From: Octopus sinensis
Taxonomy: Eukaryota
Reading direction: 5' to 3'
DNA length: 64,000 bases
NCBI RefSeq assembly: GCF_006345805.1
Contig: NC_043019.1
Location: 6,819,360 to 6,883,359, forward strand
Part shown: positions 39,406 through 52,034 of the stretch, piece after piece
Layout: each line of letters starts with the position of its first letter
Position numbering within the stretch: the stretch's first letter is position 1
Notes under the pieces: generated by a model
What the model was told of the DNA's origin: nothing
The model's database searches: none
Seen by the model: only the letters and a program-made list of their open reading frames with translations
Position numbers and translations under genes: made by a program

Positions 39406-40164
39406 TATGTGTGTGAGTGCCTGTGTGTGTATGTTATACATAAAGAGTTCGTTTATACGTATTTGCGTCTTGCTTGAACGAGATATCTTTATTTGAATGT
39501 TTTACTGGTATTTGTGGAGTAAAGAATGTAACGCCACGAAAACGTTATACACAGAGATAGGTTGCAGTGGTGTCAGCTTCTGTCTGTATGCATATATTTA
39601 TGCACATGTGTACATAGGTTTCTGTATGTGTTTGTGCGTAGGTGTGGTGCATGTTTTAACTTGTATGTAAGACAGTGAGCGTATTTGTTTATTTAAATGT
39701 GTGTTTCTCAAATTTGTTTAATGATGTCTATGAAGACGAAAGGAAAAAGCGATAAAGGCATCGATAAAACAACGTGTGTGTGTGCATGTGTCTGTGCGTA
39801 TGCTTCTGTGTGCTTGTGTGTGATTTGTTGAGCGCTTGGCTGAAGCTGGAAATGCGCTGATATCAATGAAATTAGATTTGGTTAACAATGAAGATGTGGA
39901 TAATGAAACACAGCAGAAGGTTGCTCATTAAGGATCCGAATTGATTGCAGCCAAGTGAAACCTGAATCTCATTTTCGTTGCTCATCTATTGTAAACATTT
40001 AAGGTGTCTATTTAACCAGCGAACGTAGAAGTAACCTGATCACCCCGTTGAATAATCATCTGCGTACGAGGAATGACAACGATATCACGCGGTGTCTCCC
40101 CAATCACGGGTGTGGCCGTACGGTAAGAAGTTTTCTTGCCAACAACATAGTTCAGTACAGTTCT

Positions 40165-40330
40165 ATATTTGAGAGATGAGGATTTGTGTACATTATTTAC
40201 ATTATTTACATTTGACGAATATTTGTCCTCATCTTGTTTGTTGTTAACACAACCTTTTGGACTGATATACCCTCCAGACTTCATCAGGTGTCTTGGGGAA
40301 ATTTCGAACCTGGGTTCTTCATTCCTAAGG
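40165..40330 (-). mobile_element. Inverted partial copy of the hammerhead-bearing body at 40535-40676
   Basis: Minus strand ccttaggaatgaagaacccaggtt..tttccccaagacacctgatgaag..tatatcag..gtgtt.acaacaaacaagatgaggacaaat; core damaged (CAAA in place of GAAA). Confidence 0.85.
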
Positions 40331-40400
40331 CATATGGCGTAGTGGTTAAGAGCACGGGCTAGTTCAATTCCAGGCAGGCAGCTGAATGATAATAATAACA

Positions 40401-40434
<34 letters not shown>

Positions 40435-40456
40435 TAATAATAATAATAATAATAAC

Positions 40457-40494
<38 letters not shown>

Positions 40495-40676
40495 CATCAA
40501 CAACAATAATAATAATAACAACAACAACATCGGAAAATACCATAGGAATAAATACCCAGGTTGGGAATTTCCCCAAGACACCTGATGAAGGCTGAGGAGG
40601 GGGGTATATCAGCCGAAATATTGTGTCAACAACAAACAAGATGAGGACAAATGCCCGTCAAATGTAAATAATGTAG
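40329..40676 (+). mobile_element. Composite SINE-like element: tRNA-type Pol III head + (AAT/AAC)n + Penelope-like hammerhead body
   Basis: A box tggcgtagtgg (40335-45), B box gttcaattc (40362-70), microsatellite 40388-40530, body 40531-40676. Confidence 0.6.
40577..40627 (+). ncRNA. Minimal type I hammerhead ribozyme motif with a palindromic stem III
   Basis: gacac/gtgtc stem I; CUGAUGA (40582-88) plus one extra A; ggctga/tcagcc stem II; GAAA (40615-18); self-complementary ATAT (40618-21); AUU triplet. Confidence 0.7.
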
Positions 40677-40679
40677 ATG

Positions 40680-40786
40680 GTTCAGTGTACTGGCCATGCG
40701 CGTGAAGCTTTTGGGCAAGTACCTTCTCCTCTAACCCTGCCAAACATTTTGCGTGGATATGCCGTACGGAAATTGAAAGAAGCACG

Positions 40787-40790
<4 letters not shown>
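40680..40790 (+). mobile_element. Degenerate SINE-B fragment
   Basis: ggttcagt..ttgggcaagt.ccttct..gtggat..acggaaattgaaagaagc.cgtc. Confidence 0.6.
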
Positions 40791-40846
<56 letters not shown>

Positions 40847-40924
40847 TTATACCGGAGTAAGCACATAAATGTGAAACAAGGTGGAGAAAAGAGTACTCAA
40901 ATATCAGAGGTAGAGTAATATGCT

Positions 40925-41232
40925 ATATTTAAAAGCAGCAGAAATATAACAGAAGCTGTTACTCGGAGTTTCATGTTCCCGTTCGTCGGGCAGTTTTGTG
41001 TGGCAAGGCTGGCCCTTTGTAATACAGGTACAACAGAAACAGGAAGAAATAGTGAGGGAAATTTGCGTTGAAAGAGTGCAACAGTGTTGACCATCACCCT
41101 CTGTCAGAGCTTCGTGGAGCTTTAGGGGGTTTTCGCTCAATAAACATTCACAACGACCGGTCTGGGAATCGAAACCGCGACCCTACGACCGCGAGTCCGC
41201 TGCCCCAGCTACTGGTCCATTGCGCCTCCTTA
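40925..41232 (-). mobile_element. tRNA-derived SINE related to family C
   Basis: Minus head ggaggcgcaatggaccagtag..cggactcgcggtcg..gcggtttcgattccca. Confidence 0.7.
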
Positions 41233-41846
41233 TATATATTCATTGTAGTTAATACAATAAGTACTTTATCGAACAATGTTTTAGCAAAGGTAAATCGTCT
41301 GTCCTTCATTTCAGCGCCTAATGAACCCAATTCAAGAAGATTTATGTTTAAATGCATCCAACCGTGACATCGTCATCATTTATTCAGGAATTATCGAAAA
41401 ACTCCGTTTATAAATAATAAAGATAACAGCGTGCATTTATTCAATACATAACATTTTGCGCAACAACTTCTTTCTATCTCCCATTGATGTGTTTTTTTAT
41501 TGTGTAGTGCCACCTGGAACCTGGCAGAGGAGATTTTTATGTGAAATGTGTAGGTGGATTCAATGACTGGCTATGGACATTAGAATATTCCATCACTCAG
41601 AATTTCAGCTATCAATGTCTTGTACATCAGTTGTTGATTCCCTTTTTATTTCTTCTCAATTATACTGCATAATTATAAGGACATTAATGAATGAGATCGA
41701 AGGCAGGAGTACGGGGTGGGGAAGAAGAATCGATTGTTATTTCTAGAATGATTGATCAAATAGATAATGGATCTATTTGTTGTGTTAAATGGTTCGCAAA
41801 CAGGCCCGTTGAACGTTAACCTGTTAAAGAAAAAGCATGGCGTACA

Positions 41847-41897
41847 CATGCACCCGTGCGAATCAATACACGCATGCACCCGTGCGAATCAATACAC
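41847..41897. repeat. Perfect local tandem duplication (26-bp period)
   Basis: catgcacccgtgcgaatcaatacac twice. Confidence 0.9.
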
Positions 41898-41964
41898 AGA
41901 CACAGACACACACAGGTATATATATTATAATGATATATATTAATATATAATATAATAATATATA

Positions 41965-42366
41965 CTCTTTTACTCTTTTATTGTTTCAATCATTTGACTG
42001 CGGCCATGCTGGAGCACCGCCTTTAGTCGAGCAAATCGACCCCGGGACTTATTCTTTGTAAGCCCAGTACTTATTCTATCGGTCTCTTTTGCCGAACCGC
42101 TAAGTGACGGGGACGTAAACACACCAGCATCGGTTGTCAAGCAATGCTAGGGGGACAAACACAGACACACAAACACACACATATATACATATATACATAT
42201 ATACGACAGGATTCTTTCAGTTTCCGTCTACCAAATCCACTCACAAGACATCGGTCGGCCCGGGGCCTTAGCAGAAGACACTTGCCCAAGATGCCACGCA
42301 GTGGGACTGAACCCGGAACCATGTGGTTGGTAAACAAGCTACTTACCACACAGCCACTCCTGCGCC
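41965..42366 (-). mobile_element. Full-length SINE family B
   Basis: Near-identical in structure to 37141-37565. Confidence 0.92.
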
Positions 42367-42467
42367 TATGTATATGTGTATAATATGTATACATATATAC
42401 ATATATATAATATATGTATTAATATATATATGTACATGCATACATACATACATACACACACATACAG

Positions 42468-42549
<82 letters not shown>

Positions 42550-42550
<1 letters not shown>

Positions 42551-42730
42551 ATTAAAAACACAGAGGAGAAACAAACAAACGTGAGGACGTACAATAAGCA
42601 ATGAGTTAATAAGACGCTCAGAGAATGAGAAGAATAGTTGTTTTACGTTTCGAGCATAGCTCCTTTTCGGAAACAGAAAATGCAGGAAAGTCCGAAAGGG
42701 TAGAACAAGGAAAATAATCGCTTACATTCC
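42550..42730 (-). mobile_element. Penelope-like terminal repeat fragment with a decayed minimal hammerhead (42640-42674)
   Basis: Minus strand gttt-ccgaaaa-g-gagc-tat-gctc-gaaa-cg-ta-aaac. Confidence 0.55.
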
Positions 42731-43224
42731 GTGGCGATGTTTTAAATTCTTTTTTCTGCATGTTTTTTTTTAATCGACTATCTACTACATCCTCACACAG
42801 AGCAATCCGTCATTCCGATTGTTTCGGTACCAATTTCATGGAGCTCTCTCTACCACTGGTTTAATCACCTTATTCATTCGGATTACGAACATTTGTGCAC
42901 CTTTGATAGTGAATTATAATATATATATATTTATATATATATTTATGTATGTATGTATGCATGTATAAACACATACAAACACACGTGTATATATATATAT
43001 TGGCAGTTCAAATACTAGCGTGGCCTACAGTGGCGTGAGATTCGTTAAGTCGCCTGTATAACAACACACCGTAGCACACTGGCTGCATGTTATGGAACCC
43101 ACAATTTTGCTATCATTTACACAATTTCCACCATTACGATAGCCCTTCTAAAGATCTACGAGCTCTATATTGCATCCTGAGTATGTACATCATTAGATCT
43201 AATTCCTTAGATGTAAGTTATTAA

Positions 43225-43500
43225 ATAGGTATTTCGTTTTTGGATTTGGTTTGCAAGATTCTTTATATGAGTTCGTGTGTTGAAGCATAGTCTGTTGAAA
43301 AGGTTGCAAGAAGCAATGAAAATTTTAGGAAAATAAAAAATTAGAGAAAAAGAACTGGAAATTTTACCGGTGAGTGTGTTATATAATAAGGCACAAAAAG
43401 AAAATGACTCTCCCCAGACACAACAGATTAAAACATTAATTAAGAAACATAATTTATGTGAACAACCTATCCACGGGACTTCTAAGGTAGGAAGAAACAT
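43225..43500. repeat. Dispersed repeat homologous to 570-770
   Basis: tggaaatt..acc..gtgtta.ataata..atgactctcccc block shared. Confidence 0.65.
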
Positions 43501-44044
43501 GTGCTTATGTTACAAATTGAGTCTAATGCAACCAAAATGACGACTAGACTTTGGGCATATTTTTTTTTTTACATTCAAATATTATTTCTACTAATATTAG
43601 CTACCACTGCAAGAATTTCAGAGTGAAAGTAAAAGAAACTTCAGAATGAACAAGATGCTCTTTTGAATATTCAAATCAATAAGAACCAGACTAAGGTATA
43701 AAGTGGTCGTTTGAAAAGTTGAAGCGTCTGTTTGACTGTAATGGTACTTATGTAGATATTTGTGGCGCAGATTTTCAATTATCGTTTGCGAACCAGACGA
43801 CTAATTATGACACCAAGACATTCTAGATCTTAACCAATGTAATATGGTAATCAACTTCACGATCGCAGGTAAAATATTGCCTCCGAGAAAGTTTCTTATT
43901 ATTAAGGTTACCAGGTGATCTCTCTCATTCTCTACTTCTCCCCTCTTCTCTGTCTCAGTCTTTCTATGATAATATATATACTTTTCTTCGACCTATCTTC
44001 TATTCTTTTCTCCTCATCTCCTTGTCTTTTCTCACACATGCATA

Positions 44045-44091
<47 letters not shown>

Positions 44092-45092
44092 CTTGTGCGC
44101 AGTCTGAGATTAACTCGTTCACGCACACATACACATACACACATAGAAAAGAAGGAAGTAAAGTTATTACGATTCTAAAGCTGAATGATTTAATTGAAAC
44201 AGTTGCAAAATCATCAGATTCTAGAACGGAAGCAGACGCATTCATATACGATGCGAGGTGAGGTTTTTATACACCTAGAAAGAGACAACAGAGGCGAAGG
44301 AACACGCAAGACAAAAACATGCACGCTCATAATTGAATTTACATGTATATATGTGTGTGTCCTTGTTTGTGTATCTGTGTGTGTATGTGTGTGTGTGTGT
44401 GTGTGTCTGTTGCAAGCATGTACAATTTTATGAATATATTAACACTCGGAGAGACACGCACATACAAACTACACACACACATACATATACTTATACGTAC
44501 ACACACAGACAGACATATATATATATATATATATATTATAATATGTATATATATATATATATACATATACATACATACAATATATATATATATACACGGA
44601 TATGTATATATATATATGTATACATATACGTATATATATATATGTATATATACATTATATACATATATTATATATGCAATATACAACCCACATATAAATA
44701 TATACATACATATATATATATATATATATATTATATGAGTTATATATATACATTAATATGTATATATACACCCACATATAAATATATACATACATACATA
44801 CATCTATATATATATATGAATATATATATACACACACATATAAACATATATATATATATATAAATGAAGTTTATCTTCTGCACATAGTCCTAAGTACTGC
44901 ACAAATCATATTTCCATACTTAACTATGCACAGAAAGTTAGAAAGATTCCAACGTCAGTTGTTGAAATCTTAGGTTACGCTGACAATATGACATTTGACC
45001 CCGTAGGTGCATAACCTCGAAAATAAGTTTCGCTAATGTCTGGCTCCTGCGAACTGTGCGTTTCAAGAAGTTTACACGCCAGATATTTACAT

Positions 45093-45150
<58 letters not shown>

Positions 45151-45929
45151 ACACAAGCATATACACACGCTTTTACGTAAATATATGATATATTTTTCAA
45201 TGTGAGTATGTGTTATATATATATATATATATAAATATATATATATAACTAGCTTTATATATTTGCAAGTACACTCATACACACAAATACACACACGCAC
45301 ACACGTTCCCCTCTTTCGTTCTCCCTGCCTTTCTTTCTACATATGAATATATGTGCTTATGTGTGTATGTATATCCGCGTGTGTGTGTGAATGTGTACAT
45401 GTGTGCTAGGAAGTGTGAATATTCTGTGTTTTGCTATACCTATATTTATATATAACTTTCGTATATTCAATTATTTTCCACCCATCCCTCGATTGCACAC
45501 TGTCTATACACATACACATACACACAAACATGTGCATACATACATATACATACATATATACATACATACATACATACATACATACATACATACATACATA
45601 CATACATACATACATACATACATACATACATACATGGGATATATAAAATGCTGCCTAAATACCAATCTTGAGAAATTAGGCTTCACAAAACCAGAAAGAA
45701 AAAACTAATTCGAGGGCTACAGATCCAATATGTATATTGATGACGAACTTCTTTCCGTTTCGGTCCACCAAATCCAGTTACAAGGATTTGGTCTGGCCGA
45801 TGGTTCTACGCAGTGGGACTAAACTCCATAAAGAGTATTGTAGGATCGAACTTACACCTTACTGATCGTGTAAATTTATACAACGAAGCAATGCCAGCGA
45901 CTACGCATGCTTATAGAGTCACACACACA

Positions 45930-45985
<56 letters not shown>

Positions 45986-46504
45986 CACACAGTCACACAC
46001 ACGCAAACACCACACACACACACTTATATATGTTCTTGTCACCCGCTGATTTCATTTTGCGGGAATTTTGTTATCAGCCCAGCTGCCCGGAAGGAAATGT
46101 AACGTTATGAAATTAATGTTAATAATCTTGTTAATCGTACAATAATTCTCACTTTAGCTGAAGAACGCCTTAGCTCAGACTAATTGTCTCAGACATGATT
46201 TGTGTTTCTTTTCATTTATTGTATATTCAATAGAAATCATAAACGTGTTTGGCACGGCTAAATGGCTTACATATTTGCTCCGAAGACATATTGTATCACT
46301 TTCGACGCTCTTGTAGGATGGCGACTGTTGTAGATTTATACACACGCACACACTGACACACACTAATATACACACACTCACTGACGCACAGACATACACT
46401 AGCACACATACACTAATACAAACAGAAACACTCACAAATACACATACTAATACACACTCACACGAATAGACACACACACATTCACAGACACACACACTCA
46501 CAAA

Positions 46505-46700
46505 CAGACATATATTTAGTTCAGATTTGCAGAAAACAAAGGACGAAGACAGGTGAACAGCAAACAGGTGTATTAGTTTGACGGTTGAGAATAATGGATG
46601 AATCTTTCACGTTTCGAGCCGATGCTCTTTCACAGAAATGAATGAGAAGAAAGAAATGGAGAGAGAACGAGAAATCGGAGAGGATAAAACGAAGTCGTAT
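46505..46700 (-). mobile_element. Penelope-like terminal repeat fragment with a decayed minimal hammerhead (46604-46638)
   Basis: Minus strand ttt-ctgtgaa-a-gagc-atcg-gctc-gaaa-cg-tg-aaag. Confidence 0.5.
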
Positions 46701-47297
46701 ATATCATGTGAAATGAAAGTGGGTTGTGTGGGAGAAATAATGATATCACACAGTAGTTTAGTAAAACGCATCGAGAATGACAATGACGTAGTTGTTGGTT
46801 ATATGTTTATCAACATCGAAATGATTTCGATTTAGTCGTCGAACAGTCTCCCTTCGCGTCGCGAGTGACACTCACCTTTGATATCACGCACATACACATA
46901 CAAACACACATACAAACACACACATACATACGCAGGCAGATGTTTACACATTTATATACATGTGTGTATACACACCCATGCATATATATAGTCATACAAA
47001 GGCACGCATATACATTTTTGTATATGCACATACATGTATATACAGGATGAGACATAAGGGTGGCACAGTTATGAAATGAATACTTTTGGTATTCTGTCAT
47101 TTTTATAATCCAACATAATGGCATATAATTCAGCATAATGTCGTATAATTTATGCACCCCCCTATTATTTACTCGTGTACACACACACATTTATATATAT
47201 ATATATATAGACATAGAGAGAGACAGAGAGAGACAGAGAGAGAAAGAGAGAGATGTATACATATGTATATATATATCTATATATATATGTATATATG

Positions 47298-47346
<49 letters not shown>

Positions 47347-47954
47347 TTAAGATCCTTAAAAATCCTTTAAAACGTTTTAGTCCGAAGACCGCGGCCATGC
47401 TGGGGCACCACCGCTGTGATGGGGCACCACCGCTATATATATTTATGTATGTATGTGTGTATACCTTTACACACACACATATATAGGTATCTATATTTTT
47501 CTCGAACTTTTCTTTTCCCAAGTCAGGAACCATATTCTTGAGTAATTAGTTTACTTGTTTTAATTATATATTTCTATATTTAAATCATTCCAGTTTGATT
47601 TAGCTTCTTCGTCAGGCATCATCATATCTCATTTATGTTTCGTGTCCCGAGGAAATTCTCTCTCTGCTACAATTAAAAATAAACGAGATAATGTCAGCAA
47701 TTTTGTTAACACCTTTGGTTTGAAGTCACCACTATCAAACGTATTGCTTGCGGGTAAATATATATCGCGATCTCATAACGATAACGTTCCTCTTCCATTT
47801 AACACCACCCCGGCCAATGCAGCACCGCAAATCGACTAATTCTACTGTAAATATGAATAAGCGATCGCTGGCAAAGAAAAAATCCGACGCTCACTTATAC
47901 CTCCCGCTATTCTCAGCTATTTGCCCTTGTATGTATGTATGGGCGGTTTAAATT

Positions 47955-48096
47955 ACAGGTATCACCCATTTTTGCCAGCTGAGTGGAGTGAAGCAATGTG
48001 AAATAAAATGTCTTGCTGAAGGATTCAACGCACCGCTGGGATTCGAACACGCGACCTTCCGATCATGAGCCGAATACCTCTAACCACTAGGCCACA
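47955..48096 (-). mobile_element. SINE family C 5' part
   Basis: gtgaaataaaatgtcttgc..gggattcgaac.cgcgacc..gatcatgagccgaatac.ctaaccacta. Confidence 0.8.
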
Positions 48097-48425
48097 CAAA
48101 GTTTTTGCCAGAATTATCAAAACCACCACCGCCAACGCCTACAACAGCAGAGGCAACAAGTCGGCCACCACTATTGACCAATCAGATAACACCACTAGTA
48201 ACCAATGAAATAGCAGCAAAAAATACAACGGTAAAAGAGAACAAGACCGACATCAGGAAAAATATAAAAAATAAAACTTTAGACTAAATATGTTGGTAAT
48301 ACAATCCAACCCGATGTCATTTTCGTTATCTCTATTCGTTGAGAGATAACCAATTACAAACAGACAAACAAAAAAGAAAAAAATAATTTCATTTAGTGTT
48401 TGTTTGTATATTGTGAGTGTATGTA

Positions 48426-48463
<38 letters not shown>

Positions 48464-48589
48464 TGTTTAATTATGGCTTAATTAGAAATCCGAGAAGAGA
48501 TGAAATACAAGAAGGCAATAAAAGATTAAAATACAATTTTAAAAGAGGAAATATAAATATCTAAATAATTAAAATTATTATTTATTATA

Positions 48590-48720
48590 TGTGGTGGTGA
48601 GCTGGCACAGTTGTTAGCACAGCCGGAGAAAATGTCTTTGCAGCATTCCTTCCCTCCTCACGCCCTTACGCCGAGGTCTAGTTTGCTTTCCGGGGTCGAT
48701 AAAATAAGTACCACTTCAAC
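48590..48720 (+). mobile_element. Degenerate SINE-A
   Basis: ggtggtgagctggca..gttagcac..ggggtcgataaaataagtacca. Confidence 0.7.
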
Positions 48721-48849
48721 ACACAACGACTACACACTCAACACTCAACGACCAAAGACTCAACCCTCAATGAACACACTGTGTTGCTTTTGACCCATGG
48801 CATGATGCAGACTACTATCTATCTGTATATCTGTCAAGCCCAAACTCCT

Positions 48850-49650
48850 AAGCAATCCTACAAGATAGAAAGAAGAATAATTTTTCCATGAAGTTCCTTT
48901 CTCGGTTGTGTTTGAGCTTTTTCCTTTTTACCAAGGCACTGTTTACGACGTTTAACGTTTCGATAGAAGATCCAGTTTTCGTCATCAGTCAGAAGTCTAT
49001 CCAAAAAGGGTGAAATGAGTTCGCGAGAATGGAGAGAAGAGCAGATGTCAACTCGGGATTTGCGGTTGCTTTCGGACAATTCATGAGGCACACATTTTCC
49101 AAATTTAGGAACCTTTCCAAGTTGTTGAAGATGACGATCAACAGCTGTATGGTTTGAACTAAGCTTTATTGCCAATTCTTTAACTGATAATGCAGGAATT
49201 CCTTCAAGTAATGCCTTAAGGAGCTTATCATCAAACTTAACTGGACGTCCTGTTCGATCTTCATCTTCAAGGCTGAAATCTCCACTTCTGAATTTTGAAA
49301 TGTCAAAATTTTGAATGTCAAAAGAACTTGCAGAAGCAAGTTCTTTCATTGAAGCATACTTTCCCAACCGCTGAATGTATGTTTCGAGTCGCTTCGGCTG
49401 CAGAGTTTCCCTTTTTGTACTCATAAAGCATTATGTGCCTTAAATGCTCTTTGGATACTTCCATGTTAGAAAGGGTTTTACTCAAAGAAATTTTAATTCA
49501 ATTATTCTGTAAAATAATATTTAATTAGTTTAAATGTACACAAGTGCATAAAAATAATTTTTGATTCCATTAGACATTCTAAAATACTATTAAATTTCAT
49601 TCAGTTTTGAAAAAGGTAAAATCGGACAGAACTTATGGGAAGACCTGATA
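48850..49650 (-). mobile_element. 5' half of a mariner DNA transposon with its TIR
   Basis: TA (49649-50) plus TIR tcaggtcttcccataagttctgtccgat (49621-48); transposase remnant downstream; 3' half absent. Confidence 0.9.
48858..49464 (-). pseudogene. Mariner (Mos1/SETMAR-like) transposase pseudogene, N-terminal half
   Basis: ATG at 49464: MEVSKEHLRHIMLYEYKKGNSAAEATRNI (frameshift) ..KFRSGDFSLEDEDRTGRP..GKCVPHELSE..LLTDDENWIFY; WVPHEL and first catalytic D motifs recognisable, truncated before the second D. Confidence 0.9.
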
Positions 49651-50864
49651 GATTTTCAAGCAAGCACGGTTTCGTCAAAAAATGAAATGCTAAACCCACC
49701 AAGTCAACTGCTTAAAACACGTCTCAATGTATCTGTGTGTGTGTGTGTGTATGTGTGTATTTATATACCTATGCACATTTCTTCGTACGCAGTGTTTTGA
49801 TATTTTTTGCATGGTATGTACACACATCAACAGAAAATGTATTTGTGTATCAATAATATAACATGCATACGCGTGTACGTATGTATCTATAACTATATGT
49901 ATGTGTGTATGCATGCCTGTGTGTGCTCGCGCGCGCGCGCCTATGCTTACACCACATCCATATGCATGGTTAAGCTTATCTATATGTATATAGCTGATAC
50001 GAGAGAGATAATTCTTCCATGACATTCTAGAATGAAGTTAGATGTGGGCGATAGATTTTGACATTTACGTTTTTGATTCATAAAAGCTACGCAACCAAAA
50101 TGTCACTGCATATCAATACTGTATCTCTTCATTTCTTATTTCTGGGTTTTTCCATTGTAAACATTGCAGAAAAGAAGAAAAGATCTGTTTGCATAACACA
50201 CCTCCTATAGCGCTGTGCTTTATAAACACATTACCGTATATAGATAAATATACACTGGAAAATATAGTTTCCGGTATTCAATAAATGATGAGGGTCATGA
50301 CTGTGTCAAATCTTAACATAGGTTTACGACATTAAAAGTGCGGGGTCTAAAAGCTAAGAACACCAAGTGGTCAAATATGTCGCCAGGATACAAGCTAGAA
50401 TTCGCAAGCAGATTTATCATTTCAACTCCAATGCGAAGTTTTGCTTTAAATAATGAAGCGATTCTTTGAATATGTCGTTTGGCTGATATGGAAAAAGAAG
50501 GGGTTATCCAAGGACGATGCTTATATTTCTAACATGAGATTAACGAACGAGATCTGACTTGTTTCAATCGCTTCTTTTTCCTAAAATTTAAAATTAATCC
50601 AAATATACTAAAGTATAAAACTAGTAAGGATTTTTTTAACGATGTTCTAGGTAGACGTGTATGCCCAACAGCTTAAGTGTAATTACGATACGAACAAATT
50701 CCAAAACATTTGGAGAGAGTTCTATATAGTAACGTCAGTATTTAGGGTGACAATGACAGTTAAGTCGGGCATAGGGGGCATTTGAACAAAAAGAGCATTT
50801 CTGGACAAAATTGTATTTATGTAAAGAGACAAATCACGAATTTCAAACACCTCAAAATAAGCCA

Positions 50865-51463
50865 CGATTACAAATTTTGGAACAAAGCCAGTTTTTTCAG
50901 TGGTGGGGCAGTTAGTCGATTACGTCGACTCCAGTGGACAAATGGTGCTTATGTTGTCAACCCCGAAATGATGTAAAGAAAAGCCAGCCTCCGCAGAACT
51001 TGAACGCAGAACGTAAGGATAGACGAAATATTGATAAGCATATTATCCGGCACCGTATAGACTCTACAGGCGCCGCACCTCAATTAATATATTCTTTTCT
51101 ATTCTGGGCACAAGGCTCGAACTTTTTGGGGAGGAAGTCAGCCGATTGGATGGACCTCAGAACTCAACTGGTATTTAATTTATCTACTCCCAAAGTATGA
51201 AAGGCAAAGTGGACCTCGGCGGAATTTGAACTCAGAACATAAAGACTGACGAAGTACCTATTTTTTTACTACCTACAAGGGGCTAAACACAGAGAGGACA
51301 AACAAGGACAGACAAACGGATTAAGTCGATTATATCGACACCAGTGCGTAACTGGTACTTATTTAATAGACCCCGAAAGGATGAAAGGCAAAGTCGACCT
51401 CGGCGGAATTTGAACTCAGAACGTAGCGGCAGACGAAATACCACTAAGTATTTCGCCCGGCGT
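50865..51463 (-). mobile_element. Three same-orientation SINE-A copies, including a nested tail-1/tail-2 fusion
   Basis: Copies at about 50865-51080, 51090-51258 and 51259-51463; minus-strand junction aaata|ggtacttcgtc. Confidence 0.85.
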
Positions 51464-52034
51464 GACCTCAAATAATGTATTACGTACTTCTACTAGCCAA
51501 AATATCTCTACATTCTCCTTAGATTCATTAGAAACAGCAGTCAAGCCACTCTTTAAATGAAATTTATATTATTGAAGATATAAGGACACGAACTAAAACG
51601 TTCGCGTGATCGAGGTTGCAGCATATTTTAATAGCAACGGTAACTAACACACGGTATTCACACCTACATAGGTTTATAGGATTTTCTTTTTATAAATCTA
51701 TAAAGATGAACACACTATCACTTATCGAACAATAGCTGCATGCAATTTAAGACCTATTGTCGATATATTGACAGTAAGACTGTTACAGCTCTGGATATTA
51801 GTTAAGACCGATCGACAAGCTTGGTTAAATAGCATATTAATTATCATATTGTACCTTATCGTATCAAATGACAGTAAGAAGCATTGTACGATGGCAATAA
51901 TAAAGAAAACAGTGGAGTTGTTCACGGTTGGAGCCCATTTGATCATAGGTCTGCTTGATCACATGTATTAGATGACCAATGAAAAAGAAGATATAATCGA
52001 TAATATTTCTAATTTATTTGAGGGGCAGGAAGAC

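Noticed and set aside
40012-40581. 189-aa minus-strand ORF with poly-Leu
   Set aside because: Poly-Leu is the (TTA)n strand of the AAT repeat and the rest is repeat-derived
41500-41670. Acceptor followed by PPGTW..CEMC or CVGGFNDW peptides
   Set aside because: One frame has an early stop, the other has no donor; motifs are too short
48105-48287. Pro/Thr-rich ORF
   Set aside because: Degenerate ACC/AAC/CAG trinucleotide sequence
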